Of a stretch of DNA of 64,000 bases, positions 1 through 10,455 are shown in pieces. The DNA is from a virus (Duplodnaviria > Heunggongvirae > Uroviricota > Caudoviricetes): the IMG/VR virus record IMGVR_UViG_3300028048_001599; one strand, given 5' to 3'. The stretch's first letter is position 1. Each line of letters starts with the position of its first letter. A program made the translations under genes and the position numbers. A model generated the notes under the pieces. That model did no database searches. It was not told the DNA's origin and was given only the letters and a program-made list of their open reading frames with translations.

Positions 1-191
1 TAAACGAGGTTAATTCTCTAATCACTTTTTAAATTTATAAATCACTTTTAAGTCTTAAACGAGGTTAATTCTCTAATCACTTTTTAAATTTATAAATCAC
101 TTTTAAGTCTTAAACGAGGTTAATTCTCTAATCACTTTTTAAATTTATAAATCACTTTTAAGTCTTAAACGAGGTTAATTCTATAATCACT
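1..191. repeat. 55-bp tandem repeat array (3 identical copies + 1 partial; cut by the window start)
   Basis: Unit TAAACGAGGTTAATTCTCTAATCACTTTTTAAATTTATAAATCACTTTTAAGTCT starts at 1, 56 and 111, with a partial copy at 166. No spacers. Followed by about 550 bp of very AT-rich non-coding DNA. Confidence 0.95.
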
Positions 192-763
192 ATCATTATT
201 CAGTTTGAACAAGTTTTAGGCTGTTAATATGTTTACATAATAACAAATTTGGTGTAGTATATCAAATTATAGATAATTTTGATTGTGTATAGTTGTAAAT
301 AAGTAACAATTGATTATTAATATAGATATGAATTATTTATTATTTATAAGTTGTAATTTATTAATAACTTGATTTAGTACCTTTTTATCAATGAATAGTG
401 AAAAAATGGTTAATTTCTTATTTGTATAAGCAAAGAATAGGGGTATTGATAGTTTAATAAACTTATTATTTCAGGTATAATAACATTTTATGTATTATTC
501 TTATATGAAGAAAAATAATGGTACATTAAGTGTCTTACTTGAATTTTAAGTAAATAATCTGTGATATAGAAATTTTCTGTCTGTGATATTTTCAGCACTT
601 AAGGCTCGATTTCGGTCTGTGAATAATAGCTGTGAAATTATATTTTAATTTTATCTCTCTTAAATGGTAAAAAGTCAGATTTAATCAAAAAATCCTTAAG
701 GATAAAATCGGGGAAAAAGGGTCAAAATTGAGTCAAGTAAAGTTCTGAAGTGAAAATTAGCTA

Positions 764-792
764 TTGACAAAGTTCGGAAAATCTGTTAAAAT
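764..792 (+). promoter_or_regulatory. sigma70/sigmaA-type promoter
   Basis: TTGACA-17bp-TAAAAT upstream of the RBS (AAAGGTG) of ORF 827. Confidence 0.75.
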
Positions 793-826
793 AATATTGT
801 AAATCTGTGAAAGGTGTGGTTATCTC

Positions 827-1507
827 ATGAAAACCTCATATTTTAAACGACTTATGGTTTTATCAAATACCATATCCGAAAGAGTATCTATTGAAAAAGA
901 AGGTACTAAAGAATATAATCGTTGGTTTGAATGTCAGCGTGTTTTGTCATCTGTGATTAAGTATGCTTTAAACAGTGGTAAGGGTTCGCTTAATACCAAA
1001 ATAACGGTATTTTGGGAGTGTGGCTGTGATTATACTGAGGCTTTGGAGCGTCTTGACGTGTCCTATGAAGTACTCAGGGCTTGTTTAGCTCGTGCAAGTA
1101 GAAAGCTATACAATGAACTGGGGGTAAATGTCCTTGACTTTATATCAGATGGAAAACCTGTTGATGCTCATATTGAATTTATGGTAAAAACAGGTCAACT
1201 TCTATTGGATGATGTAATACCTACTGAGGTTGTTTCACTTCTTCCTGTTCCTGCATTTCATTCAATTATAAATATTGAAGAATGTACTGAAGAATTGAAG
1301 TTGTTGAAGGCACTAACATTGGTTTCATTAAAACAATCTATTCAGAATGTAAACCCAAACAAATTAGCTCATCTGTTGGCAATTCTCGGAGGCGATGGTG
1401 ACTATTCAAGTATTGTTGTAAAAAAGAAATTGTGGGGGTACTTAATAGGAAAAGATGAATTGAAACAAACAATGAACGACCTAAAAGTAAAAAATCTCAT
1501 ACAATGA
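827..1507 (+). CDS. hypothetical protein with a possible sigma-region-4-like HTH
   Basis: 226-aa ORF with RBS. Segment YTEALERLDVSYEVLRACLARASRKL resembles a sigma70 r4/HTH pattern. Confidence 0.5.
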   Translation: MKTSYFKRLMVLSNTISERVSIEKEGTKEYNRWFECQRVLSSVIKYALNSGKGSLNTKITVFWECGCDYTEALERLDVSYEVLRACLARASRKLYNELGVNVLDFISDGKPVDAHIEFMVKTGQLLLDDVIPTEVVSLLPVPAFHSIINIEECTEELKLLKALTLVSLKQSIQNVNPNKLAHLLAILGGDGDYSSIVVKKKLWGYLIGKDELKQTMNDLKVKNLIQ

Positions 1508-1529
1508 TGGATAAAATTATAACAAGGTA

Positions 1530-1558
1530 TTGACAAATATTGAAATTCATGTTATAAT
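1530..1558 (+). promoter_or_regulatory. consensus sigmaA promoter
   Basis: TTGACA-17bp-TATAAT with an extended -10 TG. Confidence 0.85.
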
Positions 1559-1602
1559 ATTATCATAAGTTATTTTTCATTAGCGAAAGGGGATATATCA
1601 TT

Positions 1603-2808
1603 ATGAACGTATCTGAGATTTTGGAAATTGTAACAGGAAAGAAAATCACACGGCTTGAAACTGGCTCAGAGTGTGAACTTGTAGGTGAAATTGCTTTTGC
1701 TCTTGGTGAAGTGTCAAGTGAAAGTGTTGAAGTTGATGTAGAGGTGGACAATAAGATTTCTGATATATACATTAACCGTATGCTTGACCTCGGTGCAAAG
1801 TGGGGTGATAGAAAGGCATCTTATTATAATTCAGCATTTTTCATGGTAAAGAATAATCGTAATTTCAACTCGCTTGTTATAAGGAAAACAGTCACGGATT
1901 GGACGTTTGATAGAAACGATTCAGTGTTTAAGAATACAATCCTTGACCATAGTGGGGGTTGTGGATACATTCCGCTTGTGGCTTCATTTATTGTTACTAA
2001 GTTTCTTACAGGAACAAAGGGCGTTCTTCATCTTGTAAGCAAAACCATTCCTGATACTTATAAAAACCTTTTTGTTCTTATGTTTTACGGTAATAAGATT
2101 ATTGAGGACATTGTTGAAATAGAGAACGTGTCAGTTCAGCAGGCTGAATGGTTCGCTTATATCACAACTCAGCGTCAGTACGGTAGAATGTTATCATCTG
2201 TTGATAGTGTCACAAAGTACAATTGGCTTAAGGAGAATGACATCAGAAATGGTGATATTCTTCTCCTTTATAAAGTTGGTAAAAATCAGGATAAAACAAA
2301 ACGTGAGTTGATTTCTTGTTATATTGCAAGAGTAGATAGTTACAATCAGTTTGGTATGTCATTCTATGTTATTTCTTCCATTGAAACAGTGTTAACTCAG
2401 GTTCATCGTGTAAGTGTTGCAAATTTCAGGGATAAATCTATTGAGGACTATACTCAGTTTAATGCAAGACAACAAACAATTCAGTTTACTTCACTCGGTG
2501 TGGATTATCTTACATATGATGAAGAATATATGATAATGAAACCATCAACAGACGATGGTTCTGTTCAACTTATGGTGATGCCTGATGACAAGGGTGGTTG
2601 GGATATACAGAAGGTAGAAATGGATACTCTTGAAACAATATACGCTGTCATGGAAAATAGGGGTGTTCGTTTCAATAAAGAACGTTTCTTAGAAATGTAT
2701 TTCACTCCGAGGGGTGTTGTCCCTATCTATGAAAAATATAGAGACCATCAGCCGACTGAATACGAGGATATGACCAAGGCTGAAATTTTGGCAAAATATG
2801 GGGGTTAA
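1603..2808 (+). CDS. hypothetical protein (overlaps the helicase start)
   Basis: 401-aa ORF with RBS AAAGGGGG. No motif recognised. Confidence 0.8.
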   Translation: MNVSEILEIVTGKKITRLETGSECELVGEIAFALGEVSSESVEVDVEVDNKISDIYINRMLDLGAKWGDRKASYYNSAFFMVKNNRNFNSLVIRKTVTDWTFDRNDSVFKNTILDHSGGCGYIPLVASFIVTKFLTGTKGVLHLVSKTIPDTYKNLFVLMFYGNKIIEDIVEIENVSVQQAEWFAYITTQRQYGRMLSSVDSVTKYNWLKENDIRNGDILLLYKVGKNQDKTKRELISCYIARVDSYNQFGMSFYVISSIETVLTQVHRVSVANFRDKSIEDYTQFNARQQTIQFTSLGVDYLTYDEEYMIMKPSTDDGSVQLMVMPDDKGGWDIQKVEMDTLETIYAVMENRGVRFNKERFLEMYFTPRGVVPIYEKYRDHQPTEYEDMTKAEILAKYGG

Positions 2809-4861
2809 TAGTTATATGTTAGATACAATGTTAAATGCTGTAAATAACATAGGTGGTCTTAATAATAGACCACCTGATGTAACAATAGACAAAGACTCTG
2901 AGTTTTTTGATAAACTCAAAAAGGCAAATATAAACCTTGAGGAATTGGGTTGTATCTTGAAAGAAACCGATAACTCCTTGATTATATCATGTGCAGGGTC
3001 AGGTAAAACAACGGCTCTCATTCTTAAAATCATTTATGACTTGTATACAGGATTAAGTTATAAGGTTGTAGAAATTCCCTCAGCTTCAGGGGTAAATTCG
3101 GTAAGAGTACCCGCAAATATTCTTGTAACTACATTCTTAAAAAGTGGAGCGGAGGACTTGAAAAAGTCATTCAATAGTTGGCTTCAACGGTTAAATATAA
3201 CGGGTATAGATACTTCTAAGATTGTATTCAGAACAATGCACTCTGAGGTATATCAAGCTCTTAAGTCAATGGGTGTTGAAATTTCTATTGTAACCGATAA
3301 TACAAAGTATATCCGTGCCTCAATGAAGTCGTTCGGGGTACGTTCTGTTATGTCAAAATCACGTCAGATAACGGTTGACGAGGTTAGGGATATTGAATGT
3401 ATTTTGGCTTATGCAAGAAACAGATTGGATAATAAAAAGTATTCTCACCCATTGATGACTGATTACAACATGGATGAAACGGTACTCAAGTATATGCTAA
3501 GCGATACCAAAAATCAAAGGCGAGAAGAAGGGGTAATGGATTATGAAGACCTTCAGGAATTGCTTCTTGACGCTTTGAAAAAGAATCCAGCTGTTCAGTC
3601 TGTTATAAAACAGAGATATGATTTTATTTACTGTGATGAGTTTCAAGACACATCTCAGTTGCAATACGCACTTCTGCAATATTACTTTGACGCTGCAAAA
3701 AGAGTTATATGTATAGGTGATGATGACCAATGTATCTACTCATGGCGTGGTTCGGACATCAATATAATCACAAATTATTTTATAGATGATTATACTCCAA
3801 ATGTATATAATTTATCAACAAATTATCGTTGTAAATCAACAATTCTCGATGCTGTTATTCCCTCAATCATTAAAAATGAAAACAGGGCTAAAAAGGAGAT
3901 AAAAGCAGCAAAAGATGGGGGTACATTGAATGTCCTGATTAACCACACGGTATCTGAATTGATTAGGTCGGTTCAGAATGATGTTTACAATGGAAAGTCA
4001 GTTGGTATTATTTCAAGAACAAATAATGACTTGTTAATTCCTGCACTTATTCTTGAGTTAGGTGGTGGAATAGATTATTGTGTATCAAAGCAACTCAATG
4101 TTAGGGGTAGATTACCGAGGTTTGTGTTCGGGTGTATAGAGCTTTTAACCAAACGATACTCAGACTACTTTGAAGACTACTTTAAACAGGTTTTATCGTT
4201 CGGTAATAAATCTGAAGCAAACTTGTTGTGTGATATATTGAAAAATAATCAGAATTTATCTATCTTCAGTATAAATAGTGAAGACCTTGAGGCTTCCGTT
4301 CCAAATCTTTATTACTCTTTGTTAGAACCTTTAAGGTCATATAGAAAAGGTGCTGATGGTGATAGGGCAGCTTATGACGTGTTGTTGTTTATTATGCGAG
4401 ACTCTTTCAGGGGTACATCAGCATACGCTAAAAAAGCTCACGACTTATTTGATTATACTATTGACCTTATCCATTCTGAACTGTGTCAAGATTTATCATT
4501 ATATGAATTAGATACATTGTTTAATTCAACAATACCTTCTCATTTGGATACAAGAACAACAAGAAATAATGCACTTGTAAAACTTACAACAGTACATGAA
4601 GCAAAAGGTAAAGAATGGGATAGTGTTTATATCTGGAACGATAACGATGGGGTATTTCCTGCTCAGGTAGGTCAACGTGCATTGTCACAGGATGAGTACG
4701 AGGAGGAGCGTCGTATTCATTACATAGCTTGGACACGTGCGAAAGAAAAGTTAACTGTGTATGCTACTCAGGGTACAATGAGTCCATTTCTTGAAGAATG
4801 TGAGATAGAGCCTGATATAGCCGAATATAAAGTACGACAAACATTTAGAATGAATGGTTGA
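2798..4861 (+). CDS. UvrD/PcrA/Rep-family SF1 DNA helicase
   Basis: Motifs AGSGKTT, DEFQD, GDDDQCIYSWRG, NYR, TVHEAKGKEW and EEERRIHYIAWTRAK. Confidence 0.95.
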   Translation: MGVNSYMLDTMLNAVNNIGGLNNRPPDVTIDKDSEFFDKLKKANINLEELGCILKETDNSLIISCAGSGKTTALILKIIYDLYTGLSYKVVEIPSASGVNSVRVPANILVTTFLKSGAEDLKKSFNSWLQRLNITGIDTSKIVFRTMHSEVYQALKSMGVEISIVTDNTKYIRASMKSFGVRSVMSKSRQITVDEVRDIECILAYARNRLDNKKYSHPLMTDYNMDETVLKYMLSDTKNQRREEGVMDYEDLQELLLDALKKNPAVQSVIKQRYDFIYCDEFQDTSQLQYALLQYYFDAAKRVICIGDDDQCIYSWRGSDINIITNYFIDDYTPNVYNLSTNYRCKSTILDAVIPSIIKNENRAKKEIKAAKDGGTLNVLINHTVSELIRSVQNDVYNGKSVGIISRTNNDLLIPALILELGGGIDYCVSKQLNVRGRLPRFVFGCIELLTKRYSDYFEDYFKQVLSFGNKSEANLLCDILKNNQNLSIFSINSEDLEASVPNLYYSLLEPLRSYRKGADGDRAAYDVLLFIMRDSFRGTSAYAKKAHDLFDYTIDLIHSELCQDLSLYELDTLFNSTIPSHLDTRTTRNNALVKLTTVHEAKGKEWDSVYIWNDNDGVFPAQVGQRALSQDEYEEERRIHYIAWTRAKEKLTVYATQGTMSPFLEECEIEPDIAEYKVRQTFRMNG

Positions 4862-4867
4862 TTCTTG

Positions 4868-4900
4868 ACAAGCTAAGACATTGTCTTAGCTTGTTTTATT
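4868..4900 (+). terminator. intrinsic terminator
   Basis: Perfect stem ACAAGCTAAGAC/GTCTTAGCTTGT followed by a T-tract, directly after the helicase stop. Confidence 0.85.
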
Positions 4901-5129
4901 TTTATAAACTAATGTAGATATGTTTTTTATATGGTTCGTGACTTGTTAGAAAAATTAAAAACAAGGTGTGCACATGTTTAAGAAAATTACAGTTGCACTG
5001 ATATTTGGTTATTATACAGTTACAGTCTGATGATGCATTAAATTACTATGAATGGTACTCGTTTATGTTTAGTACATGAACAAGTACCTTTTTATTTTTA
5101 TATATATAAAATCGAAAGGTGGTTATAAA

Positions 5130-5744
5130 ATGAAATATTTAGTAAACAATAGTGCTGGTATCGTCATGTTGCCAAAGTACGCAGGGATTGATAAGTATAT
5201 TACTGTAGATGTGAATAAGGGTGACACGTTCTTTATAATCGAGCACAACAATGAATATGTTGGAGTATTCGATATAGAGGGGGTAGAGGACTTTGTAGAA
5301 AAACATATGGATAATATATCTGTCACAATGTACAGAACAAACGAGTTTTTCAAGATGGCTACTTTGATGATTGATAAAATAGTTTCCATCAAGATTCATT
5401 CTTATTCTTATAGTTGTCATGAATTAATTATGCTTTTCAATAAATTGATTGATAACAGCTTCAAAAATCAGATAATAACCAATGGTAAAGTATTCTACGA
5501 TGTTACATATAAAGCCAGTGGTTCTACATTCTGTTCCAGATTCGATAGTATAATTGATGCAGGTGTTTTACTTGACAATCTTGAAGATGAAAACATCGTA
5601 AAGATTGATATGGTTTATGATAATAACCGTGTTGCCACAATCAGTAATTTCGATGACGTTGATGATATATTTACGTTGTATTCCACCACACATTTTGGCG
5701 AAATATCGGATATTGTTGATTTGTTTGAACAGTTTTTGAGATGA
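5130..5744 (+). CDS. hypothetical protein
   Basis: ORF track 5076..5744. RBS GAAAGGTGG favours the ATG at 5130. Confidence 0.7.
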   Translation: MKYLVNNSAGIVMLPKYAGIDKYITVDVNKGDTFFIIEHNNEYVGVFDIEGVEDFVEKHMDNISVTMYRTNEFFKMATLMIDKIVSIKIHSYSYSCHELIMLFNKLIDNSFKNQIITNGKVFYDVTYKASGSTFCSRFDSIIDAGVLLDNLEDENIVKIDMVYDNNRVATISNFDDVDDIFTLYSTTHFGEISDIVDLFEQFLR

Positions 5745-5777
5745 TATTATGACTAATAAATAGTTAGGAGGTATATT

Positions 5778-6017
5778 ATGGTAAATATTTGTTTATCACT
5801 CGATAGATCAGAAATAAACAGAATATGGGGTAGTACTTGTTCAATTGTTGTTCATACACCCGATGATTTTTATGTTGTGGACGATGAAAAAGCAATAGAT
5901 TATCCTGTTGATGAAATAAAAGAAACAATAGAGAACTTCTATAATATTAAATCAAAAAGAGTAGTAACTGATGGTTATTATGTCTACGTGGTAAGTAATA
6001 GAAGCATAAATATGTAA
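5778..6017 (+). CDS. hypothetical protein
   Basis: 79 aa, strong RBS AGGAGG. Confidence 0.7.
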   Translation: MVNICLSLDRSEINRIWGSTCSIVVHTPDDFYVVDDEKAIDYPVDEIKETIENFYNIKSKRVVTDGYYVYVVSNRSINM

Positions 6018-6030
6018 TAAGGATAAGACT

Positions 6031-7140
6031 ATGAATAAGTGGGTTTCAACATTTCTAAGTAAGCGTCTTGTATTTAGACCTTTTGAGTTCACCGATGCTC
6101 AAGCAATATATGACGAATGGGGTAAAATAACCGATGTATCAAAATATGTCACATGGTGGCCTCATGCAAGTATTGAAGATACATTTAACTATGTAAGTAA
6201 AGTTATCAACAGATATAACGATAATGACTACATGGAGTGGCTTATATGTTTACGTGATACAGGTGAACCTATTGGTGCTATATGTATTCAGAAGATTAAC
6301 GGTAACTGGGAAGTCGGATATAACTTCACAAAATCTCAGTGGCACAAGGGGTACGCAACTGAAGCTCTTTTCAGGGTTCTTGATTTTGCATTTATGCACA
6401 TGAGGCTTTCTTGTGTATACTCAAGTCACCTTGAAGAAAACAAAGGTTCGGGATACGTAATGAAGAAGTGTGGCATGACCTATGTGGAAACAAAACCAAT
6501 CACTACAAAGAATATCGAAACGTCACTTCTTGTTTATAAAATCAATAGACTTGATTGGCTCATGACACGTGTTGAATCGGAAGTACCTAAATTGTTTCTT
6601 GACGGTTATACATTGAGACCTATGATACCATCTGATATAGACTACATGTGTGAATACTTCGGTGATTCAGATGTTATAAGATATCTGCATAAAGATACAA
6701 GGACATCAAAGGTAGGTGTCAAAAACAAGGTTTCTGAACTGTTGACACGTTGCATTGAGGAGAACTTCTACTATTGGGTCATTGTTGATGATAATGATAC
6801 ACCAATAGGTAACATAGCTCTATGTATCGATTCATCTATTCATGCGTATGTATCTTATGTATTGTCAAAAGATAAATGGGGTATGGGTATCATGCCTGTT
6901 ATGCTTAATACAGTGATAAATTATGCCTTTACCAATTATCCAGATATGTGGGTAGTTGAAGGTTCTTGTGCGTTACCAAACAAAGCAAGTAGTAAAGTAA
7001 TGGAGAAATGTGGTATGATATGTCACGGTTCATATAAATGTGGGGAACATCAGATGGTGAATTGTGTATCAGGTAAATATCCGTTAGTACGTTATCAAAT
7101 AACAAGAGTAGACTGGAGGAAAATTAATTATGAAACTTAA
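6031..7140 (+). CDS. tandem (two-domain) RimJ/RimL-type GNAT acetyltransferase
   Basis: Two copies of the pattern L.[FL]RP...D / IG.I / W..G...: WHKGYATEA...NKGSGYVMKKCGM and WGMGIMPV...NKASSKVMEKCGM. Confidence 0.9.
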   Translation: MNKWVSTFLSKRLVFRPFEFTDAQAIYDEWGKITDVSKYVTWWPHASIEDTFNYVSKVINRYNDNDYMEWLICLRDTGEPIGAICIQKINGNWEVGYNFTKSQWHKGYATEALFRVLDFAFMHMRLSCVYSSHLEENKGSGYVMKKCGMTYVETKPITTKNIETSLLVYKINRLDWLMTRVESEVPKLFLDGYTLRPMIPSDIDYMCEYFGDSDVIRYLHKDTRTSKVGVKNKVSELLTRCIEENFYYWVIVDDNDTPIGNIALCIDSSIHAYVSYVLSKDKWGMGIMPVMLNTVINYAFTNYPDMWVVEGSCALPNKASSKVMEKCGMICHGSYKCGEHQMVNCVSGKYPLVRYQITRVDWRKINYET

Positions 7141-7936
7141 GTTAGATCATGCACACATAGGTAAAACAGCGACGGAATGTTATCTGAATATAGACGGGGT
7201 ACTAAGTTCTGTGGAGGAACGTAATATTCGTATAGGTGACTTCAACAAAAGGGTTCTTACTGCCATTGTTCGTGAGATATACATTGCAATTTATCATAAA
7301 TCATCTGTATGTGAAGCAAATGACTTTGCAAAATCTTTTGTAGGTTGTTACACATCAGATGACCTGATTCCTTTCATGTGTAATTATATCACGGACGAGG
7401 GTTTTAGGGATGCATTTAATAAGTGTGTTAGACTCAGGGATTATGATTCCGCTGCCGACTTGTGCAAATTCTATGTCACATCATTTAAGGGGAAGGAACT
7501 CGTATTCTACAGTGACAGAGCGATGTCAATGAAGGTAGACACTCCTAAAAAAGCATATGAGGGGGTAGTCCTTCGTTCGCTTGTACCTATGCTTATTTTA
7601 ATAAGCAAATTAAACTTAATTTCAAGGTGTAAGTGTTATTATAAAAGACAAATCTATCCTGCTATGAGTGCATTTGGAGTCTACATTACATACGGTCATT
7701 ATGAATCAATACAGTATAGTGGCAGTATACCTGACATAATGAGGTATCATCTAACTGTTCTTAAATTAGCATCAATGATGTGGGTGGCACCTGATTTTAG
7801 TGATTATATCATACGCACAATAAAACAGGCATCAGTAGAAACTTTGTTTGAACTTTTTGAATTGATTGATACAGTGTACAATAATCACTTCATTATTAGT
7901 TGTACAGATATAGGTCTAAGGTCACTTATAAGATGA
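7130..7936 (+). CDS. hypothetical protein
   Basis: 268 aa, RBS GGAGG, overlaps the previous stop. Confidence 0.75.
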   Translation: MKLKLDHAHIGKTATECYLNIDGVLSSVEERNIRIGDFNKRVLTAIVREIYIAIYHKSSVCEANDFAKSFVGCYTSDDLIPFMCNYITDEGFRDAFNKCVRLRDYDSAADLCKFYVTSFKGKELVFYSDRAMSMKVDTPKKAYEGVVLRSLVPMLILISKLNLISRCKCYYKRQIYPAMSAFGVYITYGHYESIQYSGSIPDIMRYHLTVLKLASMMWVAPDFSDYIIRTIKQASVETLFELFELIDTVYNNHFIISCTDIGLRSLIR

Positions 7937-7945
7937 ATAAATCGA

Positions 7946-7976
7946 CGCGGTGGTTTGCTACCACCGCATTTTTTTA
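7946..7976 (+). terminator. intrinsic terminator
   Basis: GCGGTGGT-loop-ACCACCGC followed by a T-tract. Confidence 0.8.
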
Positions 7977-8066
7977 TAACATTTATAAATACTAAAAGTT
8001 CTATAAATTATAGAGGTTAATATTATAACAATCTCAAAATTTATTGTTAACAAAGGAGACGTTACT

Positions 8067-8507
8067 ATGTTTGAAGTTGTAAAATGGGAAAAGCGGGAAC
8101 ACAAGGGTGCTATGATTAGATTACCTCAGAGAGCAACAAAATCTGCGTGTGCTTATGACATCTATTCACCTTGTAATATATCAATACCTGTTGGATGTTC
8201 TGCTATGATATGGACTGACATTAAAGTTAAACTTAAGGATGACCAGGTATGTTTGTTAAATGTACGTTCGTCAATGGGTAAATTTCCGATTATGTTAGCA
8301 AATACTCAAGGTTGGATTGATGCAGACTACTACGGTAACGAAGGAAACGATGGAAATATTGGTTTAAACCTGCTTAACATTAGTAAAAAACCTTATGAAA
8401 TTAAGGAAGGTGACAGGATTGGGCAGGCAATGATTGTAAAATTCTGTACATTTGATGATAATGTAGACACTGTTCGTAGTGGTGGATTTGGTTCAACAGG
8501 AACATAA
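8067..8507 (+). CDS. dut: trimeric dUTPase
   Basis: Motifs SACAYDI, RSSMG, GWIDADY, GDRIGQ and RSGGFGSTG. Confidence 0.95.
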   Translation: MFEVVKWEKREHKGAMIRLPQRATKSACAYDIYSPCNISIPVGCSAMIWTDIKVKLKDDQVCLLNVRSSMGKFPIMLANTQGWIDADYYGNEGNDGNIGLNLLNISKKPYEIKEGDRIGQAMIVKFCTFDDNVDTVRSGGFGSTGT

Positions 8508-8518
8508 AAAGAAAGAAG

Positions 8519-9112
8519 ATGATGTATATGAAAATGCTATACGATAAACAGGAAGGTTGTTTTAAGGTACTTGATACAAAGCGTTATGCAATAGTAGATA
8601 TGGACAACCATACTGGGTCAATTTATATCAATCACTACAAGGATGGTACCATATACACGGGAGCAAGTCCTTTTGTAAATGCTGAGTGTAGCTGTGTTGA
8701 AGCATTTGTTAAAAGTGATACCTCAATGAAAAGATTAGGTCTTATAAATTATGACTCAGAGTGTCTAATTCTATATTCAACAAAGAAGATATCAAAACTG
8801 AAAAAAGCGTTTGAATCAATTGCTAAACATAGTAACATTGACCACATAGAGGTTGTTTACAGTGAGCACTCTACGGTGGGTCTTGACAGCATAAATGGGG
8901 TAGTAGAACACATTAAGACGCTCAGTTCAATGAATGATATGGGGTACATCTACATACATTTATTTAGTAATGGTTTCAGAGTTTCAGATGTATGTCTATA
9001 TAAGAAAGGTTACCAGTCAATAAAGTTTCAAACTTTTAAGACTGTGGTGTCTTTCGATAATAAATGTGTAAGTGACTTGTTTAATCTATGTATTAAATTT
9101 GATAAGGAGTAA
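8519..9112 (+). CDS. hypothetical protein
   Basis: 197-aa ORF in operon order. Confidence 0.7.
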   Translation: MMYMKMLYDKQEGCFKVLDTKRYAIVDMDNHTGSIYINHYKDGTIYTGASPFVNAECSCVEAFVKSDTSMKRLGLINYDSECLILYSTKKISKLKKAFESIAKHSNIDHIEVVYSEHSTVGLDSINGVVEHIKTLSSMNDMGYIYIHLFSNGFRVSDVCLYKKGYQSIKFQTFKTVVSFDNKCVSDLFNLCIKFDKE

Positions 9113-9116
9113 GTTC

Positions 9117-9506
9117 ATGCAAATAAATATAAATAAAAAGTATGGTATATATGAATACTCCATAATTTCTGATGACAATATAGTACACTCAGGTACTACG
9201 TCTGATATTGATGTAATATTGAATAAGATAAGGATAGAAAATGGGGTAGATACATTTCCTTGTGGTATAACATCAGGCAAGTTTACTTTGTCAGGTAAAG
9301 GTTTTGAAATTGACAAAGATAAGACAAAGGTATTTATATATGACTTTAGGGATTCTAATAATAAACGTTACATTTATAGAACATTAAAATGTTTGACTTA
9401 TGAACTTAATAAAACATATAAATTAATATATAAAATAATATCTCGAAGGACAGCTTCAAACTCAATTATAATAAATTATATAGATATTATTTCTGAAAAT
9501 AAATAA
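9117..9506 (+). CDS. hypothetical protein
   Basis: RBS AAGGAG before the ATG at 9117 (track ORF 9072..9506). Confidence 0.65.
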   Translation: MQININKKYGIYEYSIISDDNIVHSGTTSDIDVILNKIRIENGVDTFPCGITSGKFTLSGKGFEIDKDKTKVFIYDFRDSNNKRYIYRTLKCLTYELNKTYKLIYKIISRRTASNSIIINYIDIISENK

Positions 9507-9525
9507 AAAAAATTATTACTCCCTA

Positions 9526-9554
9526 TTGACAAATTATGAAAAATATGTTATAAT
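9526..9554 (+). promoter_or_regulatory. consensus sigmaA promoter
   Basis: TTGACA-17bp-TATAAT with an extended -10. Confidence 0.85.
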
Positions 9555-9586
9555 ATGTATATAATAATTTGAAAGGTGGTAAAATT

Positions 9587-10216
9587 ATGATTATTGCTGT
9601 AGATAAGGTAAACAATAGGGCAAAAATTGTTGATAGCGATACAGCCATACTTATGCGTAATGATGGTGAATCGTTCTATCAGTGTTACGACTCTGTTGAT
9701 TGGCTTCGTGAAAGTATCACAGACGTACTTGACAAAATAAATGCCGATGTTATTAAGAGATACGAGTCAATAAAAATGTGTACTATTGTCGATAATGACA
9801 TAGAAACAACAGCAGTAATTGAGAGGTCTTGTAACTTCTATGAATTGCATATCATAAGACCATTGTATGCTAAACCTATTGTATCTGCGTTCAACAAGGT
9901 TTCTAAGCGGATAGTACCTGTAAAGTTCAAGGTATATGTATGCGAACAATTGATAGATCGTAATAGGATGATAGATAACCTCAAAGAAATTACCGAGGTC
10001 TTTGAAACATTTGGTGAAGCTCAGGACTTCTTTGACAGGTCAATAAATAATAATACAGTAACAGCAACAATCGATGCTTATGATACAGATGATGTTTATG
10101 TAGCAAGTATTATGTTATCAGACGGTGACTTTTTCTTCAGAACAGTTAGTAACACCGATAGTGCGATAATCAAAGCAATGTATCAATTTATGCAAAGTAA
10201 GGTAACAAACAAATAA
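9587..10216 (+). CDS. hypothetical protein
   Basis: RBS GAAAGGTGG before the ATG at 9587. Confidence 0.75.
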   Translation: MIIAVDKVNNRAKIVDSDTAILMRNDGESFYQCYDSVDWLRESITDVLDKINADVIKRYESIKMCTIVDNDIETTAVIERSCNFYELHIIRPLYAKPIVSAFNKVSKRIVPVKFKVYVCEQLIDRNRMIDNLKEITEVFETFGEAQDFFDRSINNNTVTATIDAYDTDDVYVASIMLSDGDFFFRTVSNTDSAIIKAMYQFMQSKVTNK

Positions 10217-10233
10217 AGAAATGGGGGTAGTAC

Positions 10234-10455
10234 ATGGATTATTCATTGGAAGTACAGCAATTATTCAGTAAAACCTTTAATATAAACCCAGAACTACTCC
10301 CCGTTTTACTAACAAGATTAGAGCAAGCAGCTACCAAAGCTAAGATTTCTAAGTGGTCTGAAATTTTGTTTTCAAATAACATCGACCAAATAGAGGGTGT
10401 ATTTGAAGAAATGCGATATTACTATGGTATAGAGGTAGATAAACTTGAGAAATAA
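10234..10455 (+). CDS. hypothetical protein
   Basis: 73 aa, RBS GGGGG. Confidence 0.6.
   Translation: MDYSLEVQQLFSKTFNINPELLPVLLTRLEQAATKAKISKWSEILFSNNIDQIEGVFEEMRYYYGIEVDKLEK

Noticed and set aside
1-191. CRISPR array
   Set aside because: Units are identical head-to-tail with no unique spacers, and there are no cas genes.
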